DNA from: Nitrincola lacisaponensis
GTDB taxonomy: Bacteria > Pseudomonadota > Gammaproteobacteria > Pseudomonadales > Balneatricaceae
Assembly (NCBI RefSeq): GCF_000691225.1
Contig: NZ_JMSZ01000021.1
Location: 109,764-133,763, forward strand
Reading direction: 5' to 3'
DNA length: 24,000 bases
Part shown: in pieces, positions 1-7,556 of the stretch
Numbering within the stretch: position 1 is the stretch's first letter
How the letters are laid out: each line of letters starts with the position of its first letter
Program-made: the position numbers and the translations under genes
Notes under the pieces: generated by a model
What the model was told of the DNA's origin: nothing
The model's database searches: none
What the model saw: the letters and a program-made list of their open reading frames with translations, nothing else

Positions 1-200
1 TCCCAGGGTTGTTGCAGGAGAGGTTCATTTAACCAGCTCAGTGCATTGCCGCGTATACGCCAGCTGAAGTAGCGCGGCGGCAACGACAGGCAATGCCAGT
101 CAAATTCCGGCAGAGCCTTCACCAATTGTTGTCGCCAGCGTTGGTGGCTGGCTGCATCATAGGCTGAGAGAATCAGTATTCGTGGACGGTGAGTGTGCAT
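1..200 (-). CDS. tRNA-queuosine alpha-mannosyltransferase / DUF3524 glycosyltransferase, N-terminal fragment running off the left edge
   Basis: Reverse complement of 200..1 reads MHTHRPRILILSAYDAASHQRWRQQLVKALPEFDWHCLSLPPRYFSWRIRGNALSWLNEPLLQQPW with no stop. The RILxLSAYxAxSHxRWR and LxLPPRYFSWRIRGNxLSW segments are characteristic of this family. Not in the supplied ORF track. Confidence 0.85.
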   Translation of the reverse strand, partial: MHTHRPRILILSAYDAASHQRWRQQLVKALPEFDWHCLSLPPRYFSWRIRGNALSWLNEPLLQQPW

Positions 201-358
201 GTCAGGGTGTGGTGTCACTCGGGTAATTGATACAGCGGTTTTGCAAACGCACTGTATCCATGGACTTTTTTCGGTATGATGTAGTCAAGCGTACCATAGC
301 TTTCGATGCGCATCCTTGGGTTTTGCCTGTTTTTTACTCTGAAAGGTCGATTGTGTTG

Positions 359-1147
359 ATGAACTCGTTATCTGTTCTCGTTGTCGATGATGCAAAATTT
401 ATTTGTGAACTCGTGACCAAAATTGTTAAGAACTCCTTTCCCGGTTCTACGGTGACGGCTGCCTATCATGGGCAAGAAGCACAGTCGTTGATGAAACAGG
501 CGAAGTTTGACCTGATTCTATGTGACTGGGAAATGCCCAAGATGAGTGGGCTGGAGCTATTGACCTGGACACGTCAGCAACCGAGCTATCAGACAACGCC
601 TTTTGTTATGGTGACCAGTCGTGGTGAGCGCGAGTATGTATTGAAGGCGATTCAGGCCGGGGTGAATGACTATCTCGGCAAGCCTTTTACCGCAGAGCAG
701 CTGACCCAGAAAATGAACAAGCTGTTATCCGGGGAAACGCGGGGGCCCAGTGCCCGCAAAGTCGATCAGGCGGCACAGACTTTGAGCAAAGCTCAAGAAA
801 CAGCGGCTCAAGCTGCCACACAAAAAACATCGTTGAAAGCCAAAGGTCTGGCTCAGTTGCGTGTTCGGGATCAGGTGATTAAATGTGCCATCAAGGATCT
901 GAGCTTGAGAGACGTGCTGGTGGTGATCAAGAATGAAGGTGTATTTCCGACTATCCTTGATCAGGCGGTTGTCGATATAGAGCAGCTCTCTGGTGGCAGC
1001 GTGGCGCGCGTCAATGGTTTTATTGAGCGTATCGAAGCTCTGGAGCGTAAGGTGGATGCAGCGTTTATCCATGTCAAAGTCGCATTTGTCGACGATGACC
1101 CTGAAAAAATGGAACACCTGTCTCGCTACATCGCTTCGGTACGCTGA
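359..1147 (+). CDS. Response regulator with N-terminal CheY-like receiver domain and a C-terminal PilZ-like region
   Basis: ORF 227..1147. The likely start is ATG 359 (MNSLSVLVVDDAKFICELV...), after GAAAGG. Receiver hallmarks: VVDDA, LILCDWEMPKMSGLELL, VTSRG and K in YLGKPF. The C-terminal half has no recognised output domain beyond weak PilZ-like resemblance. Confidence 0.85.
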   Translation: MNSLSVLVVDDAKFICELVTKIVKNSFPGSTVTAAYHGQEAQSLMKQAKFDLILCDWEMPKMSGLELLTWTRQQPSYQTTPFVMVTSRGEREYVLKAIQAGVNDYLGKPFTAEQLTQKMNKLLSGETRGPSARKVDQAAQTLSKAQETAAQAATQKTSLKAKGLAQLRVRDQVIKCAIKDLSLRDVLVVIKNEGVFPTILDQAVVDIEQLSGGSVARVNGFIERIEALERKVDAAFIHVKVAFVDDDPEKMEHLSRYIASVR

Positions 1148-1161
1148 ACGTTTTGAGTTGA

Positions 1162-1566
1162 TTACTCCACCCTGATAGTGATTTTCTCGGAAATCATCGG
1201 TTCAGCGTGTGGAATGTGCATCTTGTCGCCCAGTAGCAGTTGTAATGTATGTTCCCCGGGTTCCATTTCCAGTGTCACTTCCGTCTGTCCACCACCAAAA
1301 TGCAAATGACGCTCGTCAGTTGGTACCGGCATGTCCAGCGGAGGCAAGGTCTCCACGTTAATTAACAGATGATGATGTCCGGTGTTGGGAAAGTCTATAC
1401 CGGCAGGTGCAACGCCCATGCCTTTCAGTCCAAACTTCACAGTGACCGGGCTATTTACAGTTTCGCCATCTGCGGGTGAGATAATGTATAGCGTCTTATC
1501 CTCGGCAGTTAAAGGCGCCAGCGGCAGTAACAGCAGCACGCTGATCAGAGGGGCATACCATTTCAT
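1162..1566 (-). CDS. DUF4399-family secreted/periplasmic protein
   Basis: 134 aa, N-terminal signal-like MKWYAPLISVLLLLPLAPLTA; HHLLIN...LPTDERHLHFGGGQTE-type body with GxHTLQLLLGDxxHxPH typical of DUF4399; GGAGTTCATCATG start context. Confidence 0.8.
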   Translation of the reverse strand: MKWYAPLISVLLLLPLAPLTAEDKTLYIISPADGETVNSPVTVKFGLKGMGVAPAGIDFPNTGHHHLLINVETLPPLDMPVPTDERHLHFGGGQTEVTLEMEPGEHTLQLLLGDKMHIPHAEPMISEKITIRVE

Positions 1567-1678
1567 GATGAACTCCTGTTATGTTTATTGTTGAGTGCAT
1601 GCAGTCAATTCAGCCTAGATCAGACCGGGCATTTGTCAATTTTCTCCTGAATTGGAGCGTTCTCTTGAGTGTTGTGAG

Positions 1679-1695
1679 TGTGCAAATTTTGTACA
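1679..1695. promoter_or_regulatory. Near-perfect 17-bp palindrome, candidate operator upstream of the dehydrogenase-racemase pair
   Basis: TGTGCAAA-T-TTTGTACA, 7 of 8 arm positions complementary; 57 bp upstream of ATG 1753 in a divergent intergenic region. Confidence 0.4.
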
Positions 1696-1752
1696 TTCCT
1701 TAAACCTCTTCTACAGTCATAGACTCGGGCTTTAACAAGCAGGGGAGAGGAT

Positions 1753-2907
1753 ATGATTCCGCGCACCATGGCAGCCATGTGCCTGATGGGACATGGTGGA
1801 CTCGATCAGTTAATTTACCGGGAAGATGTGCCTGTACCTCAGCCGGGACGTGATGAGGTGTTGGTTCAGGTGACTGCGACGGCAAAAAACAACACCGACC
1901 GTAAAGTGCGTGAAGGACTTTATCCGGTCAACCCAACGGACCAGGCCACTTCTTTTCAAATGAGTGGATCGGCTACGCTCAAGTTTCCACGTATTCAGGG
2001 AGCCGATGTAGTGGGGCGGGTAGCTGCCGTTGGCGTCGGCGTACCTGATACACGTATTGGCGAGAGAGGGCTGCTGGATTTCAATCTCTACGCCAGTGAA
2101 TCTGATCAGATCAATTTGGTCCCGGATTATTATGGCCATGGAGCCGATGGTGGCTATGCCGAGTATGTGGTAGTGAAGTCCAGCCAGTTTTATTGCATCG
2201 ACAATCCGGAACTGGCTGATGCCGAGCTGGCGGCACTGGGGATGTGTTCCTATCAGACTGCTTTGCATATGTTAAACGTTGCCCAGGTTAAGGCGGGTGA
2301 GCGTATTCTGGTCTCGGGTGCCAGTGGCGGAGTCGGTACCGCATTGATCCAGCTGTGTCGCTTGCTGGGTGCAATTCCTTATGCTGTCAGTCAGCAGAAC
2401 AAGACGGCCGCTCTGATTGCTTTGGGCGCTGAAGCCGTTGTGGATCGTGGTGACCTGACAGATTTTGTTAAGCGCACCCTCGCAGTGACCGGAGGCGCAC
2501 CGATTGATGCAGTGATGGATCTGGTGGGGGGAGACATGACTGACCTTTTTATCGACACCATGATTCAGAATATGCGTGTACGTACGACCTACCCGCGTAT
2601 CAGCATTGCGGGTGCCAGTGGCGGAAATTTCAGCCGGATCATGTGGACGCGAATCTATCTCTATCAGGTGCAGTTGTTCGGAGTATCACATGGTACGCCT
2701 CAGGAAGCTCGTCAATTGATCACCTGGATTCGGTCTGGAAAACTGAAGCCCGTGTTGCAGGGGACATTCAAACTGTCACAGCTGCACCAAGCTGAAGAGT
2801 ATTTTATTGATCGTGATCAGAACCATCTGGGCAAGATTGTTATTGTGCCGGATGCACAGTGGGCTGAGCATGGGGCTCGCTTTGCTGTTCGTGGGCTCTC
2901 AGTATGA
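1753..2907 (+). CDS. Medium-chain dehydrogenase/reductase (zinc-independent quinone oxidoreductase/alcohol dehydrogenase-like)
   Basis: 384 aa with GxxxLxxREDVPVPxPGxxEVLVxV, the NAD(P)-binding SGASGGVGTALIQLCRLLGA motif, and LGKIVI near the C-terminus. GGAGAGGAT lies directly before the ATG. Confidence 0.85.
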   Translation: MIPRTMAAMCLMGHGGLDQLIYREDVPVPQPGRDEVLVQVTATAKNNTDRKVREGLYPVNPTDQATSFQMSGSATLKFPRIQGADVVGRVAAVGVGVPDTRIGERGLLDFNLYASESDQINLVPDYYGHGADGGYAEYVVVKSSQFYCIDNPELADAELAALGMCSYQTALHMLNVAQVKAGERILVSGASGGVGTALIQLCRLLGAIPYAVSQQNKTAALIALGAEAVVDRGDLTDFVKRTLAVTGGAPIDAVMDLVGGDMTDLFIDTMIQNMRVRTTYPRISIAGASGGNFSRIMWTRIYLYQVQLFGVSHGTPQEARQLITWIRSGKLKPVLQGTFKLSQLHQAEEYFIDRDQNHLGKIVIVPDAQWAEHGARFAVRGLSV

Positions 2908-3950
2908 AACGACATCAATTAAATCTCATGGACATGCATGCCGGTGGCGATGTCAGCCGTATTGTGTATGGGGGTGTCGGTTCCTTGCCGGGTGAAACAG
3001 TCAGGGCAAAGATGGAATATCTTCAGGACCATGCCGATGTCTTGCGGCGGGTGTTGTTAAATGAACCTTATGGCATACCTGAAATGTCTGTAGATCTGCT
3101 GGTGCCTGCATCCAACCCGAAAGCTGTGACAGGCTATATAATCATGGAAGTCATGGGATACCCGGTGTATTCCGGTTCAAATACCCTGTGTACGGCAACC
3201 GCTGTGCTGGAGCTGGGTCTGCTACCCAAGCAGGAAGGTCGGCAGCAATTTATACTCGAATCACCGGCTGGACTGGTGCAGATCGACGCTGAAATACGCG
3301 ACGGGGTGGTGGAGTCAATTACCTGTGAAGGCCTCCCTAGTTATATTGACACCTATCAGCAGACGATTTCAGTACCCGGCCTGGGCGAGGTAACCTATAG
3401 CATCGCGTACAGTGGTGGGTTTTATGTCCTGGTGGATGCCGCTGAATTGGGTTTTAGTCTGACATTGGATGAAGAGACACGCTTAAGTGCCTGTGCACAC
3501 GCTATTATTGAAGCGATTCGAGCCGAACGAAATTTCCGTCATTATTCTCTGGGTGATGTTGGGCCTATTCCTTTTCTGCATTTTATGGGGCCGGTGGAAA
3601 GTTCAGCTAAAGGACAGTTCACCTCCCGCTCGGCTACCTATGTACATCCGGGTGTCATCTGCCGCAGTACCACGGGTACCGGTACCTCTGCGCGTCTGGC
3701 TTTGATGCAGCATGAAAAGCGCATTCTGCCAGGTGATACACTGGAAACCTGCTCTTTGAGAGAAACCCGATTTGTGGGCCGATTTACCGGTTTGAGTCAG
3801 GCAGAAGGGCAAACGCTGGTTGAAAACAGCATTACCGGTAAAGCCTATGTGTTAAATCGTGCTGAAATAATCGTGAATTCAGATGATCCCATGGTGAAAA
3901 GTGGTGGGTTAGGCTCGCTGCTGCATCCACGTAAGGGAGGCTGCGAATAA
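2904..3950 (+). CDS. Proline racemase family protein (racemase/epimerase or hydroxyproline dehydratase-like)
   Basis: 348 aa; MDMHAGGDVSRIV, YPVYSGSNTLC and RSTTGTGTSARLALM match the conserved blocks of the PrdF/proline-racemase fold. ATGA overlap with the upstream dehydrogenase. Confidence 0.85.
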   Translation: MKRHQLNLMDMHAGGDVSRIVYGGVGSLPGETVRAKMEYLQDHADVLRRVLLNEPYGIPEMSVDLLVPASNPKAVTGYIIMEVMGYPVYSGSNTLCTATAVLELGLLPKQEGRQQFILESPAGLVQIDAEIRDGVVESITCEGLPSYIDTYQQTISVPGLGEVTYSIAYSGGFYVLVDAAELGFSLTLDEETRLSACAHAIIEAIRAERNFRHYSLGDVGPIPFLHFMGPVESSAKGQFTSRSATYVHPGVICRSTTGTGTSARLALMQHEKRILPGDTLETCSLRETRFVGRFTGLSQAEGQTLVENSITGKAYVLNRAEIIVNSDDPMVKSGGLGSLLHPRKGGCE

Positions 3951-3989
3951 TTCTACCGCATGGGATTTGGGCTTATTCGCAGCTTCCTT
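3934..3989 (+). terminator. Long stem-loop across the racemase stop codon
   Basis: AGGGAGGCTGCGAATAA (3934-3950) pairs with TTATTCGCAGCTTCCTT (3973-3989): 17-bp stem with two G-U wobbles on the + strand transcript, 22-nt loop; no T-tract after it. Confidence 0.4.
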
Positions 3990-4042
3990 AGGTGCTGCAA
4001 GCTTGTTGGCCTGCAGCAGAGAAGAAGATTATCCAGTGTGCA

Positions 4043-4465
4043 TCAGATAAACAACGCAGGAGATACGCCAAAGCGTTGGCTCAATGCTCTGATATGATGC
4101 AGATTCAGTTTTTTGCCCTCCGCCCCATTGAGCAGCTTGCTGACATTGCTTTTTGAGCCCAGCTCAGGCAGATCAGCAACACCAAGATTATGCTGTGCCA
4201 TTAGTGTTTTCAGCACAGCCAGACCCTTGTCCATATCAGCCAGCGCAGCATTGAACAAAGCGAACTCCTCAGCCTGATCTTCCCAGTTTTCGATGCTGAT
4301 GGACAGCATGTCGATCAGTGCCTTATTTGCACTGTAGTCATCAATCATTTCATCCATCAGCGCCAGGGCCAGCTCATAATCCTGTTGGGTGTTGATCTCA
4401 GTCAGATAGGGGATCTGTGCCAATGCTTCTCTGATTTCTATGCATGCAGTAGGGATCATAATCAT
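4043..4465 (-). CDS. HigA-like antitoxin with C-terminal XRE/HTH domain
   Basis: 140 aa; INTQQDYELALALMDEMID...LGVADLPELGSKSNVSKLLNGAEGKKLNLHHIRALSQRFGVSPALFI, the COG5499/HigA pattern. 4-nt ATGA overlap with the preceding toxin gene. Confidence 0.8.
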   Translation of the reverse strand: MIMIPTACIEIREALAQIPYLTEINTQQDYELALALMDEMIDDYSANKALIDMLSISIENWEDQAEEFALFNAALADMDKGLAVLKTLMAQHNLGVADLPELGSKSNVSKLLNGAEGKKLNLHHIRALSQRFGVSPALFI

Positions 4466-4779
4466 GACTCCTTTGTTTGACGGTATTTATCAGTCAGTTT
4501 GTCATGCTCAGCATGGCTGACGACGTGTTTGACATACATCCTGTTGTCACGGAATTCTATGAAAGCGATCATTCGCAGATTATGGCCTCCAATATCGATG
4601 ACCCACCATTTATCCCTATAGCATGCTGGTTTCAGAAATGGAAACCAGTAATTTGTTATTGATTTAGATGTATATGCGCCCACCCACTCCTGGCCTGGAT
4701 GGCCGATCTGACAACGACTGAAAATAACGTTTTCCCCCTCGTTTTGTGTCAGTGTTTTTGCTATGTTCGAAGTCAGCAT
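4462..4779 (-). CDS. HigB-like (COG4680/RelE-fold) mRNA interferase toxin, atypical N-terminus
   Basis: C-terminal half YRDKWWVIDIGGHNLRMIAFIEFRDNRMYVKHVVSHAEHDKLTDKYRQ is strongly HigB-like. The longest ORF extends to 4833 but would overlap the start of the divergent downstream gene. ATG at 4779 (MLTSNIAK...) is the first start that avoids this. Confidence 0.65.
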   Translation of the reverse strand: MLTSNIAKTLTQNEGENVIFSRCQIGHPGQEWVGAYTSKSITNYWFPFLKPACYRDKWWVIDIGGHNLRMIAFIEFRDNRMYVKHVVSHAEHDKLTDKYRQTKES

Positions 4780-4792
4780 AACAATAACAGAC

Positions 4793-4804
4793 TGTTTTAA
4801 AACA
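4793..4804. promoter_or_regulatory. Perfect 12-bp palindrome between divergent toxin and puuA-like genes, candidate operator
   Basis: TGTTTTAAAACA equals its own reverse complement; located between toxin start 4779 and puuA-like start 4821. Confidence 0.35.
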
Positions 4805-4820
4805 TGATGAGGTGTTGGCA

Positions 4821-6185
4821 ATGGAGTTTGCAAGGGTGCAGGAAGCGCTGGATTTTCTGCAGCGTTATCCCGAAATAGAGTTGTTTGAGTTGTTTATTCT
4901 GGATGCCAATGGTGTGCCCAGAGGAAAGTTATTACATCGTGAAGAACTGCTGCCTGTGTTTGAATCCGGGCGGCCTTTGCCGAGCACAATTATGGGTTTG
5001 TCGATTCTCGGTGAGGATGTCGAAAACTCCGGTCTGGTCTGGGATGTTGGTGATGTGGATTGCCGTGCCTATCCACTGCCGTGCAGTCTGGTCCCCTTGC
5101 CCTGGCGTACGATACCGACGGCTGCGCTGCAGGTCAGTATGCATCCACAGAGTGGCTTGCCAGCTGCGGTGGCTGATCCGAGACACTTGCTGATTCAGTG
5201 TATCGAACGTCTGAGAGCGCTCGGGTATGATCCTGTCATGGCCTGTGAACTGGAATTCTATTTGCTGGACCCTCAAACCGAAACGGCGGCGGGTCCTCTT
5301 CTGGCGGCGGAGCCGGGTGGACGTCGTCCTGAGGATACACAGGTGTATGGTTTGCGCGAGCTGGAACAGTTGGAGCCCTTTCTGGCTGATCTCTATGCGG
5401 CCTGCAAACTTCAGGGGATTCCTGCCAGAACCGCCATTTCGGAATATGCGCCGGGGCAGGTTGAAATCACGTTGCAGCATGGTGATGCATTAACGGCCAT
5501 GGATCAGGCGGTCAGATACAAGCGTCTGGTCAAGGGTGTGGCGCATCGTCACGGCATGCAGGCCTGTTTCATGGCCAAACCCTTCTCACACCTTTCCGGT
5601 TCAGGTATGCACATGCATATCAGTCTGAATGACTCCAGGGGCGATAACCTCTATGCCAGTGATGACCCCGCAGGTACGGAGTTGTTGCGTTGGTCTATTG
5701 GCGGTCTTCTGGCCTCGCTGACAGACTCCTTGCTGTTTTTCTGTCCCAATGCCAACTCCTACCGGCGCTTTCAGTCGGAAAGCTACGCACCTTTGGCCCC
5801 GACCTGGGGGGTTGATAATCGCACGGTCTCCATGCGGATTCCGGGTGGCCCTCCGTCCAGTCGACATATTGAGCATCGTATCTGTGGCGCAGATGCCAAT
5901 CCTTATCTCGCAGCTGCGGCGATACTGGCAGGTGTTTTGCGAGGTGTGGCCGGACAGATGGATCCGGGTGTTCCGGTAACCGGTAATGGTTATGCCCAGG
6001 TGACAGAAACGCTGCCTGGTGACTGGTTGACAACACTGGATGCGGCAGCGCAATCAGATTGGCTGGCTGAACAGATGGGCGAGGCGTTTATGAAGGTATA
6101 TCTTGCCGTCAAGCGTGCCGAGTATCAGCAGTTTATGTCTCAGGTGAGTGAGCAGGATTGGCGCTGGTATCGTTACACTACCTGA
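4821..6185 (+). CDS. puuA: Glutamine synthetase family protein, gamma-glutamylputrescine/polyamine synthetase-like (PuuA-like)
   Basis: MEFARVQEALDFLQRYPEIELFELFILDANGVPRGK...; catalytic-domain motifs KPFSHLSGSGMHMHISLND, NSYRRFQSESYAP, RIPGGPPSSRHIEHRICGADANPYLAAAAILAG. GATGAGGTG precedes ATG 4821 (ORF track starts at GTG 4812). Exact substrate is inferred from family and the neighbouring PuuB-like gene. Confidence 0.75.
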   Translation: MEFARVQEALDFLQRYPEIELFELFILDANGVPRGKLLHREELLPVFESGRPLPSTIMGLSILGEDVENSGLVWDVGDVDCRAYPLPCSLVPLPWRTIPTAALQVSMHPQSGLPAAVADPRHLLIQCIERLRALGYDPVMACELEFYLLDPQTETAAGPLLAAEPGGRRPEDTQVYGLRELEQLEPFLADLYAACKLQGIPARTAISEYAPGQVEITLQHGDALTAMDQAVRYKRLVKGVAHRHGMQACFMAKPFSHLSGSGMHMHISLNDSRGDNLYASDDPAGTELLRWSIGGLLASLTDSLLFFCPNANSYRRFQSESYAPLAPTWGVDNRTVSMRIPGGPPSSRHIEHRICGADANPYLAAAAILAGVLRGVAGQMDPGVPVTGNGYAQVTETLPGDWLTTLDAAAQSDWLAEQMGEAFMKVYLAVKRAEYQQFMSQVSEQDWRWYRYTT

Positions 6186-6217
6186 TGATGCTCAGATGAA
6201 CTCATAAGGATTTAACC

Positions 6218-7531
6218 ATGCAAGCAAGTCAATTGGCAGGCCCACCACGTCAGGAACGTCTGCCTTCCTATTATCACAGTAGCCTGAATGACACGACGAC
6301 TTACCCGAGGCTGGAGGGAGACAGCGAGGCAGACGTCGTCATTATCGGTGCGGGCTTTACCGGAATTGCCTCTGCCGTGGAGTTGTCCGAGCGCGGTTAT
6401 CGCGTAGCTGTTGTGGAGGCCAACCGGGTAGGTTGGGGGGCATCCGGTCGTAACGGTGGCCAGGTGACTGGCAGCCTGTCCGGTGATACGGCCATGCGCA
6501 AACAGATGCGAGCCAGCCTGGGTGATGAGGTGGATGACTTTATCTGGTTTTTACGCTGGCGCGGTCACGATATTATTCGTCAACGCATAGAGAAGTATGG
6601 AATTGATTGTGATCTTCGTTTCGGGCACCTGCACACGGCTATGAAGCCTGTCCACTTGCAGGAACTGGAAGAGAGCTATGCCGAAGCGCAGCAGCGGGGA
6701 ATGGCCGATGAGGTCAGTTTACTGGATGCTCAGGGGGTCCGGGAAATTCTGGCAACAGATCTTTACTGCGGAGCAATTCGGAATAATCGCAACATGCATC
6801 TGCATCCTCTGAATCTGTGTATGGGTGAGGCGCGTGCGGCGGCGTCCCTGGGCGCGCAAATTTACGAGCATACCCGGGTTGAGGATATTCTGCCTGGAGA
6901 TCAGCCGATCGTGGTGACTGATGCCGGGCGTATTCGCGCCAGGCACGTGCTGTTGGCAGGCGATGTGTATCATCGCCTGGCGCGTCGACAGCTGTCCGGG
7001 ATGATTTTTCCGGCCATGGGCGGGATCGTCACCACTGAACCGCTGGGTGATCTGGCCAGGACGCTTAACCCTGAATGCCTGGCCGTGTATGACTGTCGTT
7101 TTGTGCTGGATTATTATCGTATGACAGCAGATGGCCGTCTGTTGTTTGGCGGAGGATGCAATTACTCAGGTCGTGACTCCCGTGATATTGCGGCGGAGCT
7201 GAGGCCTGCCATTGAAACAACGTTTCCGCAGCTAAAAGGGGTGGCGATTGAGCATCAGTGGAGTTGTGCCATGGGTATCGTAGTCAACCGTATTCCGCAA
7301 TTGGGGCAAGTTTCGCCGAATGTCTGGTATTGTCAGGGCTATTCCGGACATGGTGTGGCCAGTAGCCACATTATGGGTGAAATCATGGCAGATGCCATCA
7401 GCGGCCAACTGGAAAAATTTGATGTGTTTTCCCGCTGCTCGCATGTACGTGTTCCGATGGGCGATTGGCTGGGTAATCCTATGCTGGCTGCCGGGATGTG
7501 GTACTACCGGTTAAAAGAAGCGTTGCGCTGA
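6218..7531 (+). CDS. puuB: FAD-dependent DAO-family oxidoreductase, gamma-glutamylputrescine oxidoreductase-like (PuuB-like)
   Basis: ADVVIIGAGFTGIASAVELSERGYRVAVVEANRVGWGASGRNGGQVTG is the FAD-binding Rossmann plus DAO signature; C-terminal YCQGYSGHGVASSHIMGEIMADAISG. AAGGA before ATG; immediately downstream of the PuuA-like gene. Confidence 0.75.
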   Translation: MQASQLAGPPRQERLPSYYHSSLNDTTTYPRLEGDSEADVVIIGAGFTGIASAVELSERGYRVAVVEANRVGWGASGRNGGQVTGSLSGDTAMRKQMRASLGDEVDDFIWFLRWRGHDIIRQRIEKYGIDCDLRFGHLHTAMKPVHLQELEESYAEAQQRGMADEVSLLDAQGVREILATDLYCGAIRNNRNMHLHPLNLCMGEARAAASLGAQIYEHTRVEDILPGDQPIVVTDAGRIRARHVLLAGDVYHRLARRQLSGMIFPAMGGIVTTEPLGDLARTLNPECLAVYDCRFVLDYYRMTADGRLLFGGGCNYSGRDSRDIAAELRPAIETTFPQLKGVAIEHQWSCAMGIVVNRIPQLGQVSPNVWYCQGYSGHGVASSHIMGEIMADAISGQLEKFDVFSRCSHVRVPMGDWLGNPMLAAGMWYYRLKEALR

Positions 7532-7556
7532 ATTCAACTGAAACAGGGGGCAATAA

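Noticed and set aside
3951-4042. Possible remnant peptide on the minus strand (LQANKLAAPKEAANKPKSHAVE)
   Set aside because: Short Ala/Lys-rich frame with no start codon or homologue recognised; the hairpin repeat partly explains the sequence.
4477-4662. 61 aa plus-strand ORF antisense to the HigB-like toxin
   Set aside because: Antisense to the conserved half of the toxin; no domain and no ribosome-binding signal that stands out.
4932-6053. Minus-strand ORFs of 182 and 150 aa antisense to the puuA-like gene
   Set aside because: Shadow ORFs of a conserved glutamine-synthetase-family gene.
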